64,000 nt of DNA from positions 55,862,001 to 55,926,000 of the forward strand of contig NC_043007.1 in the NCBI RefSeq assembly GCF_006345805.1. The letters run 5' to 3'. Numbering within the stretch: the first letter of the stretch is position 1; each line of letters opens with the position of its first letter. Of this stretch, positions 36,580-51,048 are shown one piece after another. The translations under genes and the position numbers were made by a program. The DNA comes from Octopus sinensis. Taxonomy: Eukaryota. Below the pieces are notes generated by a model. That model saw nothing but the letters and a program-made list of their open reading frames with translations. It had not been told where the DNA came from and did no database searches.

Positions 36580-36803
36580 CAGGTTTGGCCAAAAGTGATC
36601 AGACAGTAAACCAAAATCATTTAATTCCAAGATTAAAGCAAAACATTATTTTATATGATACTTCGCTAATAAGTAATAAAAGGTTGACTTTAACTCACAA
36701 CATGCAATTATTAAACATTTACAATTGGAATGATTAAATAAAATTGAATATTAAATAGTTATGGAATTTTCATTTACCCTCAAGTGACTTTTGGCCAACC
36801 CTA
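36580..36803. mobile_element. Tc1/mariner-type MITE (~225 bp)
   Basis: TIRs AGGTTTGGCCAAAAGTGA (36581-36598) and TGACTTTTGGCCAACCCT (36785-36802), set in TA/TACA repeats. Confidence 0.65.
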
Positions 36804-36809
36804 CATACA

Positions 36810-36867
<58 letters not shown>

Positions 36868-37007
36868 GCCATTGATACCAATTGATATATGTTTCTCACT
36901 TTCTTTTTTCCTACATATATATAATTTTCATACATACGCACATACATACCATATATATATATATATATAAGCAGAAAATTGAGAAGACTTTTGATCTAAA
37001 AAGAAAC

Positions 37008-37578
37008 AAATTGACCAAAATCGGTTGATAATTTTTTAGAACAAAACATGACATAAAATTTCTTACGGCCGTTTCTGCTGCCAATCACAGTCGGTGCTTA
37101 CGAAGGGAAGAGGGAAGAGGAAAGAACAGGGCCCCGACATGAAGCCAGAAGGTTCAATATATTAGAATCATACCATCTTGCAGCGTAGAGCTTGAAGTCA
37201 ATAAGCAGAAGAGTGAACTAGCAATGATCTAGGGAAATATTTATGGGTTATCTATTTATAAAGGGGAACCAGGTTGTGTAAATAGTAGTGAAATAAAACT
37301 AGTACTAAAGTAAAATATGAATTCTTATAGACTGAGCCTTCTCGCCTCATCTCGAGACCCTGTTCTTTCCTCTTCCGTTCGTTTATTATATGTTATGCAT
37401 TTGTATTCACTCTGATGAAGCCCCATGTACTAGATCTAATGTGCTATGAAGATGGCGAATATTATTTTCGGAATTTGTTTCGTAAGCACAGACTGACATT
37501 GACAGCGTAAACGGCCGTAAGAAATGTTATGTCATGTTTTGTATTATAAAACAATCAACCGATGTTGGTCAATTTTCT
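37008..37578. mobile_element. Element with ~95-bp inverted ends, possibly a PLE remnant
   Basis: 37008-37103 is the approximate reverse complement of 37481-37578. The interior has NILESYHL (PLE C-terminus-like) and a CTGATGA at 37412. Confidence 0.45.
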
Positions 37579-37778
37579 ACGTATTTAAATTTGATTCCTG
37601 ATAAATTTTTGTTTATTCTGTTGTTACCAGTACCCTATGAGCATAGTGTACTTGCATACCCATGCCCAGGGATAGCATAGGTAAATGATACCGATAGTAA
37701 GAACAGATATTATTATCCCTTAGATGGCTATTCCAACCGCTAACTTAGCTTTCCCTTATATATATATATATATGTGTG

Positions 37779-37823
<45 letters not shown>

Positions 37824-38559
37824 CGTGTGCGTGTGTGTGTGAAAAGGTTGAAATATATTTCGTCCTTTTATTTTAGAGGATTTTTCATATTTTGCTAGTA
37901 CCTTATTGGCGTAAGTTTGGGAATAAGAAAATAATACTTGTATACGGTGTGTTATGTGAATTTGTGGAAAGGTATCCCATAGAACTCAAGAAATTTGTTA
38001 AAAATGGAGAAGAGAAGATGTTAAAATTTGAAAGAATTTTAATAGAGGCATACATTCGTTTCAAACAGTGATATTAAAATATGCATATTCATGGTAGAAT
38101 AATTAAATTAAGTACAATAAAAGTGGCAGCATCAATACTAATAATAACAAAATTTATCTTGATATGAACATAGACGATATTAGTGAACCTAAATCAACTG
38201 ATGAATTAGTACACCCCGACAACAAAATAAAAACTCTCTATAATAGTCAACACAACATTAGCAATAGACATAGAATTCATAACCACAATAAACATACTAA
38301 TAAACTTAATCAATACGAGCACAGTAACCAAAACTTTACTTAAAGAAAAACTAATTTTAATTTCAACAATTCACAAATCACTAACTACACTAATAATAAT
38401 ACAAAAAACCCCAAGAATACTGACAATAAACATCAAAAACACTTAATTATAGATAAAAATAAGAACATTAAACCAATAAACATAAAAATGAAAATAATCT
38501 CATCATACCTAATCCCTCCAATAATACACATAACAACAGAAATCATATTAATACAACTA

Positions 38560-38880
38560 GAAATAAAATTGACAAAAAAAGAAACCAATACCATGTGTAA
38601 GAATAGATAACCCCTAAAATATAACCCATCACTCTACAAAAAACAATAATATTACCTTTTGCCAAACATCTAAAATTTAATTTTATTAGATCCATTAAAA
38701 ATATAATTAATGAAAACTTTAAAAACTCCAAATATGCAAAAATATCTAATAACAAAAAAATCAGATTTGGATTTTCAGTCTCTCCAAACCTTTTAAGGAT
38801 AATCTCTTCTTTTAGAAATAAGAAACTGGACCTATACTATAATAAAAAAATTCATACAAAATAACTAGCAACTCCAATGA
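38560..38880 (+). pseudogene. PLE thumb/linker-region remnant
   Basis: IILPFAKHLKFNFIRSIKNII…IRFGFSVSPNLLRIISS resembles the PLE LP(Y/F)…(S/F)…PNL..II linker motif. Confidence 0.4.
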
Positions 38881-39049
38881 TAACTAACAACTACCATTAC
38901 GATTATAACCCAAACCCTAATAAATATGCACATAACAACATAGTACCATCCGTAATTTATATTGTAATTGCAGAGACCCAAATACTTGTGTAGTAGATAG
39001 AAATTATTAAATGAAAAAAGTATTATAACAAGAACCCATTATTACTCAT

Positions 39050-39080
<31 letters not shown>

Positions 39081-39086
39081 ACATAT

Positions 39087-39132
<46 letters not shown>

Positions 39133-40946
39133 TTACACGAAAACTTCTATAAATAAAATCAAAAATAAATAATCATAGATCTTCCTTTAACAATTTGGCA
39201 ACTCAAAAAAACAATATCGATTACTCAATATCTCGGAAAATCCCATCTTACAGATAAATTTACAAAATTTGTAGGTTGTGTTTGGAAGAAAGCTACAATA
39301 TAATGAGAATGAATGGACATCTGCTTAACGTTAGAGATGGAAAAGTATTTTCATGTATACACGTGACCAAATTCCTATTTATTAATCTTAAATAATATCC
39401 CCCACACTTTAATTTTTTTTTATAATATCTCTATCTTTCTGAAATATAACTATGTATTAACCCTTTCTATGGAATTGGATTATTAATCATCACATCCTCT
39501 GCATATCATTTTATCTTATGCTATATTGATATATATTTAATTTTTATCAAACTCTCCTCTTTTTTATCTATCTAACTCTCCTTTCATTGCAAACATATAA
39601 GGTAGGTCATGACCTACCTTATATATTTGCAATGAAAAAGTGAAGGAATAAGACTTACTCTAGAACTGTGGTCTTCATCCTTTTTTTTTTACCTATGTAC
39701 TTCTTTGATTCCTGTTTTACTCGAGAGGACTCTCATGGCTATTCGATGTTTAAAACATTGTACGATATCTTTATAATTAAATGTTATAAGAAACTGTATC
39801 TAAAAAATGTTAAAATATTTTATGCATTGTTGAAGTCACAAATTTTTACTAAAAACTCTTATATGGACTCCCGAGTATCATATGGACCCTGGTTGAGAAC
39901 CAGTGCTCTAGAGGAAGAGCTGCATTACCAATGGGCTGGGTAATAAGTTATGTCCACTTTTGCACTTCTTTTGCGGTGAACCCCCATGTGTATGTGTGAG
40001 TACATACATACATACATACATACATACATACATACATACATACATAATACATACATACATACATACATACATACATACATACATACATACATACACAGAG
40101 ATATCTATACAGAAATTTCATTATTATAGGTTTAGCATTGTCCTGAAAGTGGCACAATATAACGATAACTCCCCTTTTGTTTATCCCTTTAACTACACAG
40201 AGTAGTCCGAGAGGCCGGCCGAATGAATGATAGAACAGCAGCCCGACTATCCTGGTGCCTCTGAATTGTAGAAGTCATCGGCAGACTAGAGTGGATTGGC
40301 TTAATGAATTTAATGGGGAAGTTGGCCAAGGATGTTGTATGTGTGAGGTGTGAGGGAGGGATTGAGAGAAGGGGACGAAAGATGTATTCTTAAGAAGCTC
40401 AACTGATCTCAGGTTTTAACCGGCTTATATTAATTCTGAACAGACTTTTGAATGACTGTATATTTTGCTATACAAATATTTTGATAATTATTCACATATA
40501 CTGCGTCCATATTGATTGATTTGGCCCGAGGCAGAAACCATTTGATAATTAATTACATATATCTATATACATACATATTGGTTTATTTGACCTTAGACAG
40601 GGACCATTTTGCTAGAAAGGTGTCTTCTAAACTGAAATAATGTTTGCTTTCACGATACAGCTAGCATCAAAGGAAAAGTCAACACCCGTAGGATTTGAAT
40701 TGATAACATACGCGTGAATGCGTATGTTTATGTGTAATGAATGTATAAGCATGGGCATAAATCTGCTGCTTGACATCATCTTCTACTGATCATTGAGCAT
40801 GCACAAGTCTAACCTGATATTAATAACGGACGGTCATGTATAAAGAAAACTGTAATATAACCGTCATTCGAAAGTCTTAACTGGAATCAAAGCTATCGGA
40901 TGATTACCGCTTCTAACATGAAACTGAAAGTTATGAAATCTGCAAT

Positions 40947-40947
<1 letters not shown>

Positions 40948-40984
<37 letters not shown>

Positions 40985-41010
40985 TAATAATAATAATAAT
41001 AATAATAATG

Positions 41011-41066
<56 letters not shown>

Positions 41067-41068
41067 TG
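40948..41068. repeat. (TAA)n microsatellite
   Basis: Direct observation. Confidence 0.97.
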
Positions 41069-41071
41069 ATA

Positions 41072-41396
41072 TGAAATGAATGTTGTGAGTAAAGAGGTTG
41101 AAAAATCACCAAATACTCCAAATTGAAAGTGGAAATGGCAAAATTGTATGGAATGCGGGAGTGTAATGTAAAAGTGATACGAGTGGTGATCGGAGCGTTG
41201 GGCTCAATCCCATTGAAACATCAAAACTTCTTAAGGCAACTGGAAATCCCATGCAAGATTGATGTCTTGCAAAAAGCAGCCTTACTGGGCACAGTGCACA
41301 TCTTAAGGAACGTATTATCTGTCTGGGGTCCTTGTCGTGACTTGACAGTTGACTAAAGACTCCGGTGCGTTTTTACCTACACTGTGTTACGAAGGA
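41072..41396 (+). mobile_element. 5'-truncated R4/Dong-like LINE 3' end (family c)
   Basis: VIRVVIGALGSIP…LQKAALLGTVHILRNVLSV* plus a 3'UTR, between (TAA)n and (GAT)n(AAT)n. Confidence 0.8.
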
Positions 41397-41489
<93 letters not shown>

Positions 41490-41580
41490 GTTTTAAATTT
41501 TGCCGCAAGGGCAGCAATTTAGGGGAGAATATGAGTCGAGTACATCGACCCCAGTGTTCAACTGGTACTTATTTTATAGG

Positions 41581-41740
41581 GGCTGCAATAAAGGTGGAGC
41601 ACATGCAGAAAACAGCACTGCTTGGAACCGCTCGAATACTCCGGATGGTGCTCGAAAAATAAGGAGTGTTATCTTAGTTCACTGGTAGTGAACAGCTCAC
41701 ACTGTAATACATCTCCAGTGTTAGAATCTGTACAAAGACG
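41581..41740 (+). mobile_element. R4/Dong-like 3' fragment (family d)
   Basis: MQKTALLGTARILRMVLEK* plus the 3'UTR TTAGTTCACTGGTAGTGAACAG, which is also at ~42500. Confidence 0.75.
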
Positions 41741-41757
41741 ACAACAACAACAGCAAC

Positions 41758-41815
<58 letters not shown>

Positions 41816-41823
41816 TAATAATA

Positions 41824-42037
41824 ATCCTTTCTACTGGAGGGACAAGGCCTCAAGTTTGGGAGGAGAGGACTAGTCGATTACATTGAGCCCTGCATTTCAC
41901 TGGTACTTAATTTATCGACTCCGAAAGGATGAAAGGCAAAGTCCAACTCGGCGGCATTTGAACTCAGAACGGAGCGACAGGCGAAAGACAGATAAGCATT
42001 TCGTCCAGCGTGATAACGATTCTGCCAACTCGCCGCC
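41824..42037 (-). mobile_element. SINE family A, complete copy in (AAT)n
   Basis: Homologous to 19475-19704, with repeat tracts at both ends. Confidence 0.82.
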
Positions 42038-42048
42038 TAAATACTACT

Positions 42049-42119
<71 letters not shown>

Positions 42120-42120
<1 letters not shown>

Positions 42121-42545
42121 GATAATGCAAAGATCCTATGGAATTTTATGATTCAGTGCGACCATGAGATAGAGAATAGAAAACCAGACATAGTGTTAAT
42201 TGAAAAAGAAAGTAAACCATGTTGGATCATAGATATAGCAAGCCCAGCTAACAACAAGGTATGCGATAAGGAAGAAAGAAAAGTCGATAGAGATGACAGG
42301 TTAGCTTGGGAGGTTAAGCAGTTGTTGTCGCTGAAAAAGGTGGTAGTAGTACCAATAATTGTCGGAACTGTGGGAACAGTGAGTAAAAATCTTGAGAAGT
42401 ACATGGAAAAATAGGGGCTGCAATAAGGGTGGAGTAATTGCAGAAACAACATTATTTGGGAATGCTCGAATTCTCCTGATGCTACCTTAGGATGTTACCT
42501 TAGTTCACTGGTAGTGAACAGTGTTAGAAACTGCGCAAAAACAAT
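42120..42545 (+). mobile_element. R4/Dong-like 3' fragment (family d)
   Basis: KILWNFMIQCDHEIENRKPDIVLIEKE…WIIDIASP…K (RLE domain), flanked by AAT/GAT tracts. Confidence 0.8.
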
Positions 42546-42553
42546 AAATAATA

Positions 42554-42588
<35 letters not shown>

Positions 42589-42719
42589 ACTTTCTACTAT
42601 GGGTGCAACACCTGAAATTTTGGGGAGGGGGATAGTCATTTACATTGATCCCAATAATCAACTGGTACTTTATTAACGACCCCGAAAAGAGAAAAGGCAA
42701 GAGAACATGGAAAAATAAC

Positions 42720-44897
42720 GGCTGAAAAAATAAGGAGGAAAAAGAATGAAAAATAGTCTAGGGGAGATAATAAAGAAGTTCTTAAGGCCTTCTATCATGC
42801 CAAGTATTTCCCCACAAATAAATCTAATACTGTACAAACCTACTTAAACTGGAGACAAAAACACCTTGAAGTAAGACCCTACATAGACAGTAACAAACTT
42901 GCCAACGTCAGAAGAAACATTGTGAAGAAGAAATTACTAACTGAATTAGAGATTGACCAAATTAAACAATCAGTAAGGGATAAAAGGAACGAAGTTGCAG
43001 CTAAAGAAGATACTACAGAGGAAATAATTATAGACCAGCCCAGGGCTGATGAAAATACAATAATGACTGACAGAGTTAATGTAACTGATAAGTAAAGTGA
43101 AATACTCTCTGAACCAACCATAAGCACTAAGGCAGATGAAAATCAAACAAGTCACACAGAAATTGACCCAACAGAACTACATGATCTAAAAAATCAAATC
43201 ATGATTGAATGGCTGAAAATGAAAGAAACCAGCATAAATGAACGCGACACTCTCCCCAAAATTCGCAGTTTTAATCAAAGCCTGAGAATAATTGGCAAAA
43301 TCCACCTTGCACTTAAAGATATAATTTCAGCTAATGATGATGATATTACAGATCTCAGCCACCTGTACTATGCATCCGCGAAAATCTCAACGAATCTGTG
43401 TGGTGAAAAGATTAGAAAATGACAACTTTCCCACAAAAAGCCTACTTGGCAAGAGCGTATTCAATACCAAATTCAGCTACTTAGGTCTGACATAGAATGT
43501 TTAAAAAACCTTAAGATTGGCAAGACTATCAAACCAACAAAAATCTGAAAATTAATGAAAAGACATATGTAAACCATACTTGACATCGATACCACCATAG
43601 AAACCATTAAGCAAAAGGTATGTGCTAAAGCTGCCTGTATAACAAGATATGAAAAGCGTGTTAGATTCTTCAAGGACAACACCTACAAACAACCCAAAAC
43701 TTTTTACAGGAAGATATGGAAAATACCACATCAAAAGAAGTGCAGGAATTTTTAAATAAAATTTGGGTAGAAGAAAAACACACAATAAAAATACCCCTTT
43801 GATTGATAGAAGAGCAAAAGGGAGGGTATCAAGGTAGATGTAAGATCTGCTCTCAGGTAGTCAAGCAAATTGAAGTCTCCAGGAAAGGATAAAATTTCTA
43901 ACTTCTTGTTGAAAGCCTTCCCAAAGAGCCATGAACTGTTAACAAAACTTTACAACAATGTTTTGCAACGACCTAGTATGATTTCCTCTTGGCTAGTTAA
44001 AGGTTTAACATTCCTACTTCCAAAAAGTGAAGAAACAAATGAACCAAAAAATTAAAGACCCATAACATGCATAGCTACAATGTATAAAATACTAACATCT
44101 GTCTTGACTGAATATACCTTTAGTATTTTAATAGAAAGTGGCATATTCCCTAATGAGCAAAAAAGATGTAAATGTGGGTCCTATGGTTGTAAAGATCAGC
44201 TACTCATCAATAAGATGATCTTGGAAGATTATCACAAAGGGCGCAAAAACTTGTCGATAGCCTGGATAGACTATAAAAAAGCTTTTGATAGTCTACCTCA
44301 TAGCTGGATTAAGAAATGTCTGGAAATGCATAAAATAGTACCGACTCTGCGAGACTTCTTGTCTGTAAGTATGAGATCATGGAGAACCACACTGACTTTG
44401 AACAGTGATAATGAATCTCTTAATGTTGGAAATGTAAGAATTTCATATGGTATTTCCCAGTGTGACTCTCTATCACCACCTCTCTTTTGCCTAGCGTTAA
44501 TGCCTCTCTCGAAATTGCTCGTACTACAAGTATATATATACAATGTTTGATAAAAATATATATCATCTCATTTACATGGATGATTTAAAGCTCTTTGCAA
44601 AAAATGACCAGCAACTACAGGGCTTACTAGCGATTGTTAAACAGTTCAGTGATGACATCAGGATGCAATTTGGCTTCGATAAATGTGCAAAGCTACCTTT
44701 ATCAAAGGAAAAATGACAAACATCCAACGTTATTCTTGACCAGCAGAAGGTCATAAAGGAGTTAGAACCAGCGGAGAGCTACAAATACATAGGGGTATGT
44801 GAAGGGGACGGAATCAAACATTGGCAAGTTTGAGTGATGAGGGAAACGATCAGAAGAGAATGTTATTGCAGAGTAAGGGCAATACTCAAAACAGAGC
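42720..44897 (+). mobile_element. Decayed R4/Dong-like LINE (family b), 5' and RT part
   Basis: Collinear with 55140-56830. It retains KSPGKD, RPITC, EQK.CK.GSYGCKDQLLINK, WIDYKKAFDSLPH and YMDDLKL, with many stops. Confidence 0.88.
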
Positions 44898-45845
44898 TCT
44901 TTATTCCTAGAGGCCTCAAGGAATAATCGAGGAACCCCACTGTCCGAGATTTCCCTGAAACCCTAAGAGCAAGTGCCCGCTCCAATTCCTTCTCTCCGGC
45001 TCAAAGATCTACAGTTAGAGAGGTACTATTCACTCTTGCCATTTTTTCAACTTTCACCCACCTTTCAAAATACACTCACTCGAGGACAGCACTTCCCTTT
45101 CCACCCTCAATTTCCTTTCCAAGTCACATCTCTATCATCCTTCCCGCCATGTTTTTACCCTTGTGCGTAAAGCACATGTCCCTATTTTCTCAATGTATAT
45201 CGTGTATACTTCTTTTTTCTTTCTTTTTTTCATTCTCACTCTCAATTTCCTTTCCAAGTGCCACTTGAAAAAGTCAATGAGAGCTCTACCAAAGAGGAAT
45301 GTATGTGTCCTTATACATTTCAGCCTTGTCCACCAAACAAACTCTTTCGCCACAGCCACCAGACAAAAGAAAATTGCCTTGCCTGCCCGATTGAAGGAGG
45401 GCGGCGGTGCGATCCTCACTAGAGATTCGGCCGACGGACGGATCCGTCCCACACATGACAGTAGCTGTTTAACAAAACCCCACATGTCAGCAATGCCCGG
45501 ATACTGAACGAGGGCGTGCAGAACGGTTTCGTCACTCTGCGTGCACCTCGGATAAGTCCGTCTGATCGCACATCTGTACTTGTAGATTTTGTCGCGAACC
45601 GGTTGCGCCCCCGGTAGCACTGCCAGGCCAAAGTGATCTAGAAATTATCCTTGATAGTTCCCGACGGGAAAGTCCTCTGGAACAGATTAGCCAGTTCGTT
45701 CTCTCCGGCGCCCAGAGTCTCCCTGAGAATGTCATCGCACTTCCCCGCCACTAAACCTCAATGAATTTCTGAAGCGGATCATCCACCAATCCCATTTCCC
45801 GACTGGTTGCGGGCTATGAGCGCCTGACGACATTCTAGGTGCCAG
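44898..45845 (-). mobile_element. 5'-truncated Tx1-like LINE 3' end
   Basis: PVRDKIYKYR…TYPRCTQSDETVLHAL…LVAVAKEFVWWTR…FFKWHL is homologous to the C-terminus of Tx1 ORF2 at 14800-15248. It is followed by a 3'UTR. Confidence 0.8.
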
Positions 45846-45857
45846 GTGCCAATAATA

Positions 45858-46071
45858 ATGGTTTCAAAATTTTCCACAAGGGTAGGCATTTTGGGGGAGG
45901 GGATGTGTCGATTACGTCGACCCCCAGTGTTTCACTGGCACTTAATTTATCGACCCTGAAAGGATGAAAAGTAAAGTCGACCTCGGCGGAATTTGAACTC
46001 AGAACGTAGCGGCAGACGAAATACCGCTAAGCATTTCGCCCGCGTGTTAACGATTCTGCCAGCTCGCTGCC
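45858..46071 (-). mobile_element. SINE family A, complete copy in (AAT)n
   Basis: Homologous to 19475-19704, with the head abutting (ATT)n. Confidence 0.85.
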
Positions 46072-46089
46072 TTAATAATAATGATGATG

Positions 46090-47150
46090 ATGATAATAAT
46101 AACAATAAGGTGATTCATTATCAGCATTACTATTCTACCTCGCTCTGTTGCCAATAACTAAACAACTGAATGCTAAGATCTTTGACCAGAAAACTAATCA
46201 CCTACTCTACATGGATGATTTAAAACTGCCAAAACCTATCACTGATGCAAAAACATCAAACAAAAAGCAAAGGATTGCATGAATGATATCGAAGACAACT
46301 GGAAAGGAAAACTCCTGCATGGAAAATACCCTTACTGCCTGTCCAAGCCAGTTATTGATCAAAATCTAATACAGCAATGGCTGCAAGGAACAGGTCTAAA
46401 AAGGGAAACAGAAGGTTTTGTTATTGCAGCGAAAGATCAGAGCTTACCTACCAGGAGCTACCATGCAAACGTCCTTAATGATGGATCTAACCCCAAGTGC
46501 AGAATTTACGGAAAATTCACAGACAATTGATCATGTTGTTTCTGGTTGCCCAGTCCTCTCTGAAAAGGAGTACCTCATAAGACATGATAGACCAGGGCAG
46601 TACACCCACTGGAATGCTTGTAAATACTACAAAATTAAATTCCATGATAAGTGGTACAGACACCATCCAAAGGATGTAGTAAATGACGAGGGCGTCACCA
46701 TCGTTTGGAACTTCAAAATACAAACTGACAGAAAAATTGACTCCAATCGACCCGACATTGTGATCAAGGACTACAACAGAGGAACTTGTCCGTTAATAGA
46801 TATGTCTGTCCCACAAGATATCTCAAGAAATGAATACGAAAAGCTTGCCCACTATAGAGATCTGCCAACTGACATCACAAAAATGTGGAAGCGTAGTACT
46901 ACGATAATACTAATAGTAATTGGTGCGTTTGGAATGATAAAGAAGAGAGCTGAGAAGTATATTAAGCAACTCCCTGGTGACTCCGATCTACGTGAACTAC
47001 AAAAGATAACTTTAATGGGTACAGCCCATATTCTACGGAATGCACTCTCCATCTAAATGGAATAAATGTGGTGTTAATTTTAGCATGCATAGCAAAACAA
47101 AAGGTACTAAGGCAGCTGAAATAAAGTCATAATGAAAAGAAACCATAAAT
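46090..47150 (+). mobile_element. Internally deleted R4/Dong-like LINE (family e)
   Basis: YMDDLKL at ~46210; LHGKY…QWLQGTGLKRETEGFVIAAKDQSL; IDHVVSGC…RHD; RPDIVIKD…LIDMSVP; GTAHILRNALSI*. Flanked by AAT/AAC tracts. Confidence 0.87.
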
Positions 47151-47159
47151 AATAATAGC

Positions 47160-47235
<76 letters not shown>

Positions 47236-47238
<3 letters not shown>

Positions 47239-47796
47239 GACCTGGGGCAATACCAGACAGTGGCTCTCACGGTTTCTTATTTTAACTGATTGGAAGTGTT
47301 ATCATGCACATTCTTTTGTTTTGGTATATATAAAAAAATGGGCTACAACAAATATTCTGCTCATTACTACAGATTTGCTTGTCAGTTGTTTGACCTCAAC
47401 CAGTTGAGCCTGTCCCTTAGTGGCTGACGGTATGCGCATCTCTGACAACGAGCAGAAATTGTGGGAGAGCATCATAGCTATGTGTTGAGAGGAATTATTT
47501 GGGGTTTGGATAATTCACCTCTGGAAACAGGTATTTCGTTCAACATTCATAAACAAGCCTTATTCAGGGACCTTTTGAGCGGGATGAGCTACTTGACCTG
47601 AAGAAAATTTTAACTGCTCCCTACCTGCAAGGTCATGCGTTATTTATCTTGATATGAGAACACCATGTCGCGCACATTTGGCTGTGATGCATGTACCTGG
47701 TATACCCTTATCAGACAGGTAGTCATGAGAGGGTATGTTGGGCTGCGTATATTTTATTCCAGTGTCACCTTGATGGCATGCACAGTTCTCTCACTC
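47236..47796 (+). mobile_element. (AAT)n-embedded non-tRNA element family C, full-length (~560 bp)
   Basis: Collinear with 58752-59283, with (AAT)n on both flanks. No ORF or Pol III boxes recognised. Confidence 0.85.
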
Positions 47797-47845
<49 letters not shown>

Positions 47846-48084
47846 TAATAATAATGATTTCATTTATTTGCCACCAGGGTGGATGAGGGGTATAATACAC
47901 AAATTGTGGGGATTTACATATAGAAAATCTGGAAAGATTATTACATCAAAATGGCTACGAGTTTAATCCTTTTACTTTTGAGATTAGTGAAATGTTGGTA
48001 TTCGTAACCAATATTCAAATCGCGTGTGTGGTTGGGTAGGTGCGTGTGTGTATGTGCAAGCGCGTGTCTGAACGAAAGAAAGAA

Positions 48085-48137
<53 letters not shown>

Positions 48138-48544
48138 AAGAGAGTGTGTGTGTGTACTCAGTACATGGGATGTAGAAGATATACTTATTGAAACTGAATT
48201 ATTTTCGTCAGGAATCGAATTTCATTTATCTGAAGATCGGACTGGTGTGAAATTCGCATAACCCCCCCCCCCAAAAAAAAACTTGAAATAAAATAAATCT
48301 ATCTATCTATCTATCTTTATGTGTATGTATATATATATATATATATATATACAACCCCCTTCACACACACACACAAAATCCTCACACAGACACAGACACA
48401 CACACGTACGCGCATACACATCCACACACACACACACACGCATACACACACACAGTGAAATGTTACTTATAAAAACATTTGAAGAAAGGAGACGCGATTA
48501 GATGTAGAATGTACATAAAAATTTTCTCTGAAACGTCAGACTGC

Positions 48545-48725
48545 CTTTGCGGTGAGGGAATAAGTCGATTACGTTGACCCCAGTGTTTCACTGCTAATTA
48601 ATTTATCAATCCCGACAGGATGAAAAGCAAAGCCGACCTTTGCGGAATTAGAACACAGAACGTAGCGACCGGCGAAATACGGCCGAGCATTTCGTCCAGT
48701 GTGCTAACGATTCTGCCAACCCGCT
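48545..48725 (-). mobile_element. SINE family A
   Basis: GTCGATTACGTTGACCCCAG…GGATGAAAAGCAAAG…GCATTTCGTCCAGTGTGCTAACGATTCTGCC. Confidence 0.78.
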
Positions 48726-48737
48726 GTTTTGATGATA

Positions 48738-49122
<385 letters not shown>

Positions 49123-49124
49123 TT

Positions 49125-49332
49125 CAGACAAATACATAACAAAATCACCAGGAATTACAAGTATATATAACATACAGAAAATAGTATTACTGAGTACCGC
49201 AATTAATCCACGTAAAACAATTTCAATGCAATAAAAATAAGAGAACCACAACAAACTACAACACATACCCAAGGCACACAGAGCTGCGCTCGGTAGTGCA
49301 ATAATAGCACGTGATAAAAATAAGCCTATTGA
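49125..49332 (+). mobile_element. 3' end of the R4 family seen at 29827-33935
   Basis: TCAGACAAATACATAACAAAA…AACATACAGAAAAT and the 3'UTR AAGGCACACAGAGCTGCGCTCGGTAGTG match 33725-33900. Confidence 0.85.
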
Positions 49333-49371
49333 ATAATGATAACAACAACAACAACAATAATAATAATAATA

Positions 49372-49555
49372 AGGCTTGAAATTTTGGGGAAGGGGGCTAG
49401 TCGGTTACATCAACTCTAGTGCGTAACTGGTACTTACTTCATCGATCCCGAAAGGCAAAGTCTCCTCAACGGAATATGAATCCAGTACGTAAGTACAGAC
49501 GAAATGCCGATAACCTTTTTGCCCGGCATGCTAACGATTCTGCCACCCTGCCGCC

Positions 49556-49557
<2 letters not shown>
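49372..49557 (-). mobile_element. SINE family A in (AAT)n
   Basis: Family A motifs, flanked by AAT tracts. Confidence 0.78.
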
Positions 49558-49592
<35 letters not shown>

Positions 49593-49644
49593 CCCACAAA
49601 TATTCAAGAAGGAAGGCGAAAAGGGATAAATACAATACTCTTAA

Positions 49645-50969
49645 CCCATCAATTCCGGAAATAAAAAATTTTGAATTTTTTGTTACATTCAAATACGTTG
49701 TATACATTTTTGTATTTTAGAGGTTCATAAAATGTTGTAAATATTTTAGTAATCATGTGGTTTTTAGATCCGTATGATACTGGACAAGTAGGGTTAAAAT
49801 TTTAAAATAAGGATGAAGTAAAAAAAAAAATTTAATCACATTTATTTGTTTTACAAAAAAATTTCTTATGACAAGTAAATATATTTCTAAGAGGAATATC
49901 ATTTATTGATGAAAATGAAGAAAGCATGTGTCAAGATGTAGGTCTACATTGCATTTGATGCTAACAAATTTGGTGCATTTTTCACATGCTGCGCATAGCC
50001 TTTGAGTTTCAATTTTTGTTGACAAGGTGGTCTCTGTTATCGAATCGTGCCACTTACGGAACTTGCTTCATTGTTTTAGGACGTACTACTCTCTTCTTTT
50101 CTAAATCTGGTACAGCAAGCAATGCAGTAACTATTTGTCTTGTAAATTCCAGTAGAGAAACGTTCCTCTGAATGCAACAGAAAAGAATTCTTAAATCTAC
50201 AATGCTTCCATTTCGGCAAAATGTAAACAAGGATCGAGTTTATTGTCGTTGAAATGCAGGTATTGATGTATCTTCTTAAACCTATTTCTAGACATTGCAT
50301 GACTAACTAAATGTTTGTTTGAATCGGATCTAGTCTCCCAGTACATTCTTCTGCAGGGTAGTTTATTGTAGACCAACAATAGAAGAATCACAAAATACTT
50401 GTAAAGATCCTCTACGTCAAAGTAAACTGCAAATCTCCCTTTTGTGCAGCAAATTTAACGGTTTCTCTGCAAATACAATTCGTAATATCTTTAGAGAAGC
50501 ATTCCTTCACGACCTCAGTTGACTCAAACTTGTCCCTAAATTTTGTAATCGAAGGTTCAGTGACACTGGAATCACAATCATAGTTTGCAGAAGACAGTTT
50601 CAAAGGCTTATTATTCCATTTGCGAGAACTTTTCTTTACACGTGAATAGTGCTTCTTAGCTGAGCTTGGTGTCACCTCCTTGTCTACACCAAGAACCTCA
50701 ACACCAGCTTTACTATAGGCTCTAATCTCACCTTACTCTGCAAGAATACCACTATCAATGTCTCGCAAATTTGCTGAAGATTCTTTGCAGTCACTTGAAG
50801 CATCATCTTTATCTGAATCGTCACCACCATTTGAAGCTGATCAGCATTATCAATTTCCTCATTATCAATTTCAGTATCATCACCAGATTCGATTATATTT
50901 AGGATTTCTTCAGTGTCGCTTTCACTACCAAGTTTTTCTCTTAGGCATATTTAACAATCTAGAAATATG

Positions 50970-51048
<79 letters not shown>

